A stretch of DNA of 11,499 nt. It comes from Gemmatimonadales bacterium (lineage in GTDB: Bacteria > Gemmatimonadota > Gemmatimonadetes > Gemmatimonadales > GWC2-71-9). A program made the position numbers and the translations under genes. The stretch covers positions 1 through 11,499 of the forward strand of contig JBFJCP010000056.1 in NCBI GenBank assembly GCA_041615815.1. The letters run 5' to 3'. The notes beneath the pieces are model-generated. The model worked only from the letters and a program-made list of their open reading frames with translations. It ran no database searches and was not told the DNA's origin. How positions within the stretch are numbered: the first letter of the stretch is position 1; every line of letters starts with the position of its first letter. Positions 1-6,714 of the stretch are shown piece after piece.

Positions 1-1440
1 ATCACAACGCCGCATACGGGGCGATCGCCCAAGGACAAGTTCGTAGTACAGGACACCGCCTCCGACGATATCTGGTGGGGAGCCGTGAATCAGCCCATGA
101 GCCAGGAGCACTTTGATCGGCTCGATGCAGACGTTCGCGCGTTTCTCAGCCACAAGGACGATCTGTTCGTGCGAGACGTGTTTGCCGGCGCGGACCCCGC
201 ATACCGCATCCCGGTGCGGTTCGTGACCACGAAAGCGTGGAACGGTCTGTTCGTGTGGAACATGTTCCTGCGCCCGACGGAGAGGGAATTGGAAGCCTTC
301 GAGCCGGAGTTCGTGGTGCTGCATGCGCCGGACATGCAAGCAAGCCCCGAGGAGCACGGCACGCGGAGCAGCACCTTCGTGGTCATTAACTTCGCCAGGC
401 GGCTGGTCCTGATTGGCGGGACCAAATACGCGGGTGAAATGAAAAAGTCGATGTTCACGATCTTGAACTATCTCTACCCGCACCGTGACGTCCTCTCCAT
501 GCATTGCTCGGCCAACGTTGGTGACGATGGCGATGTGGCGTTGTTCTTCGGACTCTCCGGCACCGGAAAGACGACGCTGTCCGCGGATGCGACACGACGG
601 CTCATTGGGGATGATGAGCATGGGTGGAGCGCGGATGGCGTGTTCAACTTCGAAGGTGGCTGCTACGCCAAGGTGATTCGTCTATCGGCCGAGGGCGAGC
701 CCGAAATCTACGCCACCACGAACATGGTTGGGACGATCTTGGAGAACGTGGTGGTCGACAGCCAGGGGCGTGCGGATTTGGACGACGATTCGATCACGGA
801 AAACACGAGGGCGTCGTACCCGATCCACTTTATCCCCAATCACGCCGCCGAAGGGCGCGGCGGGCATCCTCGCAACATCGTGTTTCTCACGGCGGACGCT
901 TTTGGGGTGCTTCCCCCCATCGCGCGGCTCGATCCAGACCAGGCGATGTATCACTTCCTCTCTGGATACACCGCCAAAGTCGCAGGAACCGAGCGCGGCG
1001 TTACTGAGCCGCAAGCGACGTTCAGCGCCTGCTTCGGGGCGCCGTTTCTTCCCCTCCACCCCGGTGTCTACGCGAAGATGCTCGGTGAGCGGATTGCACG
1101 GCACGGAGCAAAATGCTGGCTCGTCAACACGGGCTGGACCGGCGGGCCGTACGGCACGGGTCGACGAATGGAGCTCTCGTACACGCGCGCGATGGTACGG
1201 GCGATCCTGGCTGGTAGTCTCGATGCCGTCCCTACGACACCCCATCCGGTGTTTGGCGTCCACGTTCCGCAATCGGTCCCGGATGTTCCACGCCATGTCC
1301 TCGATCCGCGGGGGACGTGGGCGGATCCGAGGGCCTACGACCAACAGGCTTCGAAGTTGGCGGCAATGTTTCGGGAGAACTTCGCTCGCTATGCCGGCGA
1401 GGTCTCCGAAGCGGTGCATCGCGCGGGCCCGACGGGGTAA
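1..1440 (+). CDS. pckA: Phosphoenolpyruvate carboxykinase (ATP), 5'-truncated by the window edge
   Basis: Frame 1 is open from base 1 ([16 protein letters not shown]...), so the gene starts upstream of the window. It carries PEPCK-ATP motifs [19 protein letters not shown]-loop [11 protein letters not shown], signature [27 protein letters not shown] and [10 protein letters not shown]. Stop TAA at 1438-1440. Confidence 0.98.
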   Translation: MTTPHTGRSPKDKFVVQDTASDDIWWGAVNQPMSQEHFDRLDADVRAFLSHKDDLFVRDVFAGADPAYRIPVRFVTTKAWNGLFVWNMFLRPTERELEAFEPEFVVLHAPDMQASPEEHGTRSSTFVVINFARRLVLIGGTKYAGEMKKSMFTILNYLYPHRDVLSMHCSANVGDDGDVALFFGLSGTGKTTLSADATRRLIGDDEHGWSADGVFNFEGGCYAKVIRLSAEGEPEIYATTNMVGTILENVVVDSQGRADLDDDSITENTRASYPIHFIPNHAAEGRGGHPRNIVFLTADAFGVLPPIARLDPDQAMYHFLSGYTAKVAGTERGVTEPQATFSACFGAPFLPLHPGVYAKMLGERIARHGAKCWLVNTGWTGGPYGTGRRMELSYTRAMVRAILAGSLDAVPTTPHPVFGVHVPQSVPDVPRHVLDPRGTWADPRAYDQQASKLAAMFRENFARYAGEVSEAVHRAGPTG

Positions 1441-1550
1441 GGCCACGAGGCCCCCCAACCCATGCACTCAGGACAACTGCGTCCCCGCGGGCCAGCGTGC
1501 TCGATCCTGGCCCTCCGTTGGACCGCTGACCAGTCTATTCGACGCTGAGG

Positions 1551-2846
1551 ATGGTGGCCGCCGGCGGTAATCGACGTTTCGAGGTGGTCCGCGATCCGCT
1601 GTGGAACAACATCCGCCTGGACGCGGATGCCTTGGGCATCCTAGACAGTGAGCCGTTCCAGCGCCTCCGGTATGTCCGACAGCTTGGTCACGCCTTCCTC
1701 GTGTACCCGGGCGCTACACACTCTCGCTTCGAGCACGCGCTCGGAACGTATCATCTCGCCCGGCGAGCACTGGGTCTCCTCGATGAGCGAAGTGAGTTGC
1801 ACGGGATCACCGATGCGGACAAGACCGTCGTCCGTCTCGGCGCGTTGCTCCACGACATCGGCCACTACCCGTTCTCGCATGCCCTCGAAGAAGCCGGACT
1901 ACCGTCTCACGAAGCACTCGCCCGAGAGCACTTCTGTCATCCGGAGTTGAACGCGGCGCTGGCGGCCACGGGAGTCCCGCGACTAGCCGACGAGTTGGCC
2001 AAGCTCATCGACGGTACCAGCGTGAACCCGCTCCGCGGATTGATCTCGGGCTCCCTCGACCTGGACAAAATCGAGTACCTGACCCGCGACGCCCGAATGT
2101 GCGGTGTTCCGTACGGGACCGTCGATGTGGATCGACTGCTCCACTCCCTCACGATGGTCGAGCATAACGGCCGTCAAGTCGTCGGGGTGCACGAAAAAGG
2201 CGTAAGTGCGCTTGAATCGTTGTTGTTTGCGAAGTATCAAATGTACCGCAACGTCTACTGGCACCACGGCGTTCGGAGCGCGACCGCCATGTTCAAGCGG
2301 GTGGTCCGTGATGCCATGGCGCGCGGTCAGCTGGACCCGTCGTGGGTTGCGGGAAGCACGGATGAGACGCTGATGGAGGCGCTTCGACGGGTGGGCGACG
2401 CCACGCTGGCCGGCCGCCTACGGCGCCGCCGATTGTATAAGCGGGGACTCGACCTCCCCGCGAACGCCCTCCCCATGGGAGCCGGCGAATGGATCGCCAA
2501 CGACCCGGACCTCGTGGAAAGCGTAGAAAACCGCCTCGCGGAGGAGCTTGGACTTCCCCCTGGCAGCATGCTCCTGGATTTTCCGGCCAAGCCCGAGATG
2601 CTCGCTGTGGATCTACCGCTGCTGACGAACGCCGGGCGCATCGAAACACTCAGCACCGACGGCGTCCGAGAGCACTTCGGACTGCAGCACGTTGCCGAGG
2701 AGCTGCACACGGCGGCCCGATGTCTGCGCGTGTTCGTCGCGGAGCCGGTGACCGTGAGCCGAGACGCGGTGGTCAGGCTGGTGGGGCATTCCGCCGAAGA
2801 AATCGTCGAGCGTTTGGCCGGGGGGAAATCGTTGTTGGAGCCGTAA
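1551..2846 (+). CDS. HD-superfamily phosphohydrolase, SAMHD1/EF1143-like (putative dNTP triphosphohydrolase)
   Basis: 431 aa with RDPLW, FQRLRYVRQLG, VYPGATHSRFEHALG, LLHDIGHYPFSH, HE, DLDKIEYLTRD and MYRNVYWH. This is the motif series of the SAMHD1-like HD family, including the H...HD...D metal ligands. The start could be ATG 1551 or GTG 1554. Confidence 0.9.
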   Translation: MVAAGGNRRFEVVRDPLWNNIRLDADALGILDSEPFQRLRYVRQLGHAFLVYPGATHSRFEHALGTYHLARRALGLLDERSELHGITDADKTVVRLGALLHDIGHYPFSHALEEAGLPSHEALAREHFCHPELNAALAATGVPRLADELAKLIDGTSVNPLRGLISGSLDLDKIEYLTRDARMCGVPYGTVDVDRLLHSLTMVEHNGRQVVGVHEKGVSALESLLFAKYQMYRNVYWHHGVRSATAMFKRVVRDAMARGQLDPSWVAGSTDETLMEALRRVGDATLAGRLRRRRLYKRGLDLPANALPMGAGEWIANDPDLVESVENRLAEELGLPPGSMLLDFPAKPEMLAVDLPLLTNAGRIETLSTDGVREHFGLQHVAEELHTAARCLRVFVAEPVTVSRDAVVRLVGHSAEEIVERLAGGKSLLEP

Positions 2847-2853
2847 GCCATAC

Positions 2854-2884
2854 GGAGTGCGCCAGGGAAGGTGAGGCGTACTCC
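2854..2884. terminator. Stem-loop between convergent genes (possible bidirectional terminator or RNA 3'-end protector)
   Basis: GGAGTGCGCC (2854-2863) pairs with GGCGTACTCC (2875-2884): a 10-bp stem with one G-U on the + strand and an 11-nt loop. It fills most of the 38-bp gap between two convergent stop codons. No clear U-tract is present. Confidence 0.5.
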
Positions 2885-3082
2885 TCAAGGCTTGGGGCTC
2901 TTCTCGCGTTCTGGCCCCGCGGCGCCAGCCAGTTCGCGGGCGAGAGATCGATAGTAACGCGCCTCTTCCCCTCTGCCCGCCTCGTCCATCGCGACGGCAC
3001 ACACTTCCAGCGCATAGAGAATTGGCGTGAGGTGCTCCGCCGCGATCTTTCCTACTGCCGCGGCGCTGGGAGGGTCGGTCAC
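2885..3082 (-). CDS. Small hypothetical protein (65 aa), translationally coupled to the PP2C gene
   Basis: Its GTG start overlaps the PP2C TGA stop (GTGA at 3082-3079). Third codon positions are mostly G/C. It fills the otherwise empty gap, and its stop abuts the hairpin. The core EHLTPILYALEVCAVAMDEAGRGEEARYYRSLARELA looks like a helix-turn-helix pair. Confidence 0.7.
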   Translation of the reverse strand: MTDPPSAAAVGKIAAEHLTPILYALEVCAVAMDEAGRGEEARYYRSLARELAGAAGPEREKSPKP

Positions 3083-3864
3083 CCCGATTGTGGGGGCGCG
3101 GTATTTGGCATGCTTTCCTCGACGGCGTCGATGCGAACGACGACCGCCGTGATGTTGTCGAGGCCGCCGCGGTGGTTGGCTTGTGCGATGAGCGTGTCCA
3201 CCATTCGGGCCGGACTCATGACGTGCGAATTCATGATGTGCAGGAGCTCGTGATCCTCCAACATGCCCGTGAGTCCATCCGAGGCGAGGAGGTAGATGTC
3301 TTCCGCTCGCAGGGTCCCCGCGTACACGTCCGGCGCGACTTCACTATTGGCTCCCACACAGCGGGTGATCACGTTGCTGTAGGGATGGGTGCGGGCCTGC
3401 TCCGGCGTCAGGTAGCCGGCATCGACCTGTTCCTGAACATACGAATGGTCCTTGGTGAGCTGCGCGAGTCGATGCGCTCTGAGCACGTAGGCGCGGCTGT
3501 CACCGACCTGTCCGATCAGGTAACGCAAGCCATTGATCACCATGGCCGTCGCGGTGGTGCCCATACCGCGTTTATCCTGTTCGGTGAGCGTACGGTTGAA
3601 GATGGCGCCGTTGGCGTCCCTGATGGCGGTGCGCATGAGGTCGGCGGCCTGGGAGTCGCCCACGCCGTGAATGCTCTTCAATTTGTCCGCGATGATCTTG
3701 ACCGCCATCTCGCTGGCCACCTCACCCGCCGCATGCCCACCCATGCCATCCGCGACGATGAACACCCCTCGTTCGGGCACCATGAGATAGTTGTCTTCGT
3801 TCCCCGACCGGATGACACCGACGTCGGTGCGGCCCGCGCAGGTGAACTTGACCGTCGGCGACAC
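3079..3864 (-). CDS. PP2C/PPM-family Ser/Thr protein phosphatase (Stp1/PrpC-like), soluble
   Basis: Motifs RTDVG..RSGNED, VADGMGGHAAGEVAS, GMGTT, GQVGDSRAY, LTKDHS, NVITRCVG, LLASDGLT and GGLDNITAVVV. The start was placed at GTG 3864, one base after the upstream TAA, rather than at the overlapping TTG 3882. There is no TM segment. Confidence 0.95.
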   Translation of the reverse strand: MSPTVKFTCAGRTDVGVIRSGNEDNYLMVPERGVFIVADGMGGHAAGEVASEMAVKIIADKLKSIHGVGDSQAADLMRTAIRDANGAIFNRTLTEQDKRGMGTTATAMVINGLRYLIGQVGDSRAYVLRAHRLAQLTKDHSYVQEQVDAGYLTPEQARTHPYSNVITRCVGANSEVAPDVYAGTLRAEDIYLLASDGLTGMLEDHELLHIMNSHVMSPARMVDTLIAQANHRGGLDNITAVVVRIDAVEESMPNTAPPQSG

Positions 3865-3865
3865 G

Positions 3866-5482
3866 TTAGCCAGCGAAGACAATGATGAGTACGGCCAGCA
3901 CGACGAGCACGAGCAGGCCCCAGATGATCCGAGTGATCGCTTGGGACGACCCGGCGTCCGCTGGCTCCTCCGCCGCGTTGGAGGTGGTCACAGGGGTGAT
4001 CGAGCCCGGCGGCGTCGGGAGTTCGTCGGCCAGGTCCGGTTCGCCGCGCTGACGGCGTTCGACCGCAGCGGGAGGCTCGGCCCGCTGCGGGGTCTCGTCT
4101 GCCAGTGCCAACGGTTCCGGTGCCGGAGGCCTCGGGATGTCACGGGTGGGCGGTTCGTCGGGCATCTGAAAAGCACCGATGACCTTCGTGCCACCCCCGC
4201 GTTCGACTTCGGCTGCATCGTCCGTGGGCTCGAAGAACACCTCGATGTCCCCAAACTGGATCTTGGCCCCGGGAGCTAGCGGTGCCTCTCCCGTGATGCG
4301 CTCACCGTCTACGGAAGTCCCGTTGGTCGAATCGAGATCGACCAAGACCCAAATGCCTTCTCGCCGCTGCAACTTGGCATGGCTGGTCGAAACGCTCTCG
4401 TCTGGGATGATGACATCGTTGTAGTCGGCGCGGCCGATGTTGGCCACGGGAACGCGGATCGAGAAGCGCTTCCCTTTGAGATCGCCACTCCGCACCACGA
4501 GGTGGGCCAAGGCCTTGAGAGGCACAGCCTCAGAAGGCTCTCTGGGGGCGGCGGGACGGGGAGGCTCGGGCGGTGAAGGCGGGGGCCCGGTTTCTGGAGG
4601 GCTCCCGCGGGTGATGCCGGGAACCTTCACGCCGGGCACACCAAACAAGGTGTCGCGAAGCTGATGACCGGCTGGAGGGGGCGAGGGTGGCGACGGAGCC
4701 AACTCGGCTGCCCGTCCCTCACCGCGAGCCTTCGAGGGATCCGGCAGCAAAAGGTCCGATTCTTCCACTTCAGCTGGGGGAGAGAACTCCACCACCGTTT
4801 CCGATGCGGCCTCCTCCACCCCCTCCGTCGAGGCATCAGCGTAAAACCGGAACTCGTCGTCGCCGCACCGAATGACGTCACCGCGCTTGAGCGATCGCTG
4901 TCCCTGAATGCGCTCACCGTTGACGAATGTCCCGTTGGTGCTGCTATCGACAAGCAGATAGCCCTTGGGACTCTGGATGATCTCGGCGTGACGTCGAGAG
5001 ACGTTCCGACTGGTGAGGACGACGTCACACTCCGTGGATCGGCCAATCACCAGCGAGCCACCGCCGATCGCGTACTCGCGCCCATCGGTCAGGGAGACCA
5101 GTCGGCCCCCCTCCGCTCGCTGACCTGAGCCTGGCGAGGAACCGGCGGGGGCGGCGAAGGCCGCTTCGTCCACTTTCATGAACTGCGTGCTCCCGCTGCG
5201 TCGCTCATCGCCAAAACGCAATTCGTGTCCACCAATCACGACCTTATCGCCGTGGAGCAGCGGCGTGGGTTGCGCCCCCATACGGACCCCATTGACCAAC
5301 ACCTCGACGGTATCGTCGGCCTTGTGAATCGACACCTGACCGTCTGGAGTTGCACGAATGAAGGCATGACGCGGCGCAACGGTGACGCCGGTGAGGACAA
5401 TCTGCCCCTCCGGGTCGCTACCGATGGCCAGCTCCCCCGCCTCGATGGGGTGGCGGCGACCGCCTACTTCCAGATATGACAT
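3866..5482 (-). CDS. Triple-FHA-domain protein with Pro/Glu-rich linkers and a C-terminal membrane anchor (538 aa)
   Basis: FHA2 reads IGR..VSRRHA..DSSTNGTFVNG. FHA3 reads IGR..VSTSHA..DLDSTNGTSVDG. FHA1 is degenerate (IGS..VAPRHA..VLVNG..LLHGDKV). The protein ends in hydrophobic IIWGLLVLVVLAVLIIVFAG*. ATG 5482 is preferred because the ORF-track TTG at 5533 coincides with the predicted -35 box. Confidence 0.92.
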   Translation of the reverse strand: MSYLEVGGRRHPIEAGELAIGSDPEGQIVLTGVTVAPRHAFIRATPDGQVSIHKADDTVEVLVNGVRMGAQPTPLLHGDKVVIGGHELRFGDERRSGSTQFMKVDEAAFAAPAGSSPGSGQRAEGGRLVSLTDGREYAIGGGSLVIGRSTECDVVLTSRNVSRRHAEIIQSPKGYLLVDSSTNGTFVNGERIQGQRSLKRGDVIRCGDDEFRFYADASTEGVEEAASETVVEFSPPAEVEESDLLLPDPSKARGEGRAAELAPSPPSPPPAGHQLRDTLFGVPGVKVPGITRGSPPETGPPPSPPEPPRPAAPREPSEAVPLKALAHLVVRSGDLKGKRFSIRVPVANIGRADYNDVIIPDESVSTSHAKLQRREGIWVLVDLDSTNGTSVDGERITGEAPLAPGAKIQFGDIEVFFEPTDDAAEVERGGGTKVIGAFQMPDEPPTRDIPRPPAPEPLALADETPQRAEPPAAVERRQRGEPDLADELPTPPGSITPVTTSNAAEEPADAGSSQAITRIIWGLLVLVVLAVLIIVFAG

Positions 5483-5504
5483 TAGGTTACCGATCTCGGC
5501 AAAT

Positions 5505-5533
5505 AAGCTACCGTCCAACTTCGGGCCGTGCAA
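5505..5533 (-). promoter_or_regulatory. Sigma70-like promoter of the FHA-PP2C-small protein operon
   Basis: The minus strand reads TTGCAC (5533-5528), 17 bp, TAGCTT (5510-5505). It lies in the intergenic gap, 22 nt upstream of ATG 5482. Confidence 0.65.
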
Positions 5534-5557
5534 CTCACTGACCGGTACCGTAGCCGG

Positions 5558-6631
5558 CTAGCCCCCGGGACCGCCTTCCACCGCGCGCTTCTCCTCCCGC
5601 CTGAGCCATCGCCAGAACACATACGACCCGGATGCAACGGTGAGATACGAAACCAGAATCCGCCAGAGCAAGACGTAGGAGGGTGTGAGTTCACGCGGCA
5701 CGTATATGGACATCACGGCTGCTGAGAGGATCTCGGCAATTCCTGATCCGCCCGGTGTGGGGGCAAAGTACAGCAAGAATACGATCAGCGTCTGCAGGAG
5801 TACCACGTCCACGAACGGGGCGTGGATATTGAGGGCCCGGAGCACGATGTAACCCGCCAAGAGCTTGTTCGCGTGCGCCGCCGCGGTCAGCACGACGGCC
5901 GCGGTGAGCGAGATCCAACCGCGACCCCGGAAAAACGCAATCATCGACTCGTGCGCCCGGTCGATACCGGCTGGCACTTTTTCGATCCGCTTGGCCAGCT
6001 TGGCCCCGCCGTGCGTCTGAAGCCAGTGCACCACGCGCCGGGCGACGCGCCGGGCCAGCCCCGGGAACGCCACCAGGAGCAGCATCACCGCGCCGACGGT
6101 GACGAAGCCGCCCAGGCTCAGCCGAAAGAGGCCGTTGAGCGTGAGGGTCCGACCGAGCACGCCGTGCTGCGACAGGTTTTGGCCCGCGCCGAGAACCACC
6201 GCCACCGGCCCTGCCACCGCAAAGAACAGCACGGTGGCAATGAAGCTCATGAGCCCGGAGATCATGGATTCGGGGATCGGGATGCCCGATCGCTTCATGA
6301 CGTAGATCATCATGGGCCCCCCGCCCGTTTGCGAGGGGGTGAGGTAGCCGGCCCACGCGTTCAACCCTGCGGCCAGTACACACCCGCGGAAGGCGCTTGC
6401 GGGAAACACATGGCGGGCCAGCACCCAGAGTCGGGCGCCCCCACCGAACCAATCCAACGACGCCAAGAGCGCGCCGAGCCCCAGCCACCACCATTGCACC
6501 GTGACGAGCGCCTTGAGAAACAGCTCGAGGTTGTTCCCATAAAATAGGATACCGATGAAGACGACGGCCGAGATCGCGGCGAAGATCTCGAGGCCGCGCC
6601 GTAGCAGCCTGGGCGCGAGGGGAGTCGCCAT
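5558..6631 (-). CDS. Integral membrane protein, lysylphosphatidylglycerol-synthase TM / UPF0104 (flippase-like) family
   Basis: 357 aa with multiple hydrophobic helices and the family-typical motifs RLWVL, YLTPSQTGGGP, APTPGGSGIAE and LLWRILVSYL. No catalytic (aminoacyl- or glycosyl-transferase) domain is attached. Confidence 0.85.
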   Translation of the reverse strand: MATPLAPRLLRRGLEIFAAISAVVFIGILFYGNNLELFLKALVTVQWWWLGLGALLASLDWFGGGARLWVLARHVFPASAFRGCVLAAGLNAWAGYLTPSQTGGGPMMIYVMKRSGIPIPESMISGLMSFIATVLFFAVAGPVAVVLGAGQNLSQHGVLGRTLTLNGLFRLSLGGFVTVGAVMLLLVAFPGLARRVARRVVHWLQTHGGAKLAKRIEKVPAGIDRAHESMIAFFRGRGWISLTAAVVLTAAAHANKLLAGYIVLRALNIHAPFVDVVLLQTLIVFLLYFAPTPGGSGIAEILSAAVMSIYVPRELTPSYVLLWRILVSYLTVASGSYVFWRWLRREEKRAVEGGPGG

Positions 6632-6643
6632 AAGCGGGTCGCC

Positions 6644-6673
6644 AACCTACTCTCCCGATGGCCGGCCCGTCAA
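6644..6673 (-). promoter_or_regulatory. Sigma70-like promoter for the membrane-protein gene
   Basis: The minus strand reads TTGACG (6673-6668), 18 bp, TAGGTT (6649-6644), then 12 nt to ATG 6631. Confidence 0.6.
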
Positions 6674-6679
6674 ATGGGC

Positions 6680-6709
6680 TTGTAGCGGTTCGGCGCCCCC
6701 GGCTATGGT
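6680..6709 (+). promoter_or_regulatory. Sigma70-like promoter for uvrA, likely giving a leaderless transcript
   Basis: TTGTAG (6680-6685), 18 bp, TATGGT (6704-6709). ATG 6715 follows after only 5 nt, with no Shine-Dalgarno sequence. Confidence 0.5.
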
Positions 6710-6714
6710 TCAGC

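Noticed and set aside
85..1440. ORF-track start of pckA at GTG 85
   Set aside because: The frame is open from base 1 and contains the conserved TGRSPKDK motif upstream of 85, so the true start is outside the window.
1489..1513. Hairpin GGGCCAG-N11-CTGGCCC between pckA and the HD gene as a terminator
   Set aside because: It has only a 7-bp stem, a large loop and no U-tract, so it cannot be distinguished from chance.
3079..5482. FHA + PP2C as part of a type VI secretion cluster
   Set aside because: No tss/tag structural genes or PpkA kinase are in the window, and the triple-FHA tail-anchored architecture does not match T6SS Fha.
6687..6711. GGTTC direct repeat upstream of uvrA as a LexA box
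   Set aside because: The spacing is GTTC-N16-GTTC, not the known GTTC-N7-GTTC. No CTGT-N8-ACAG or GAAC-N4-GTTC is present either.
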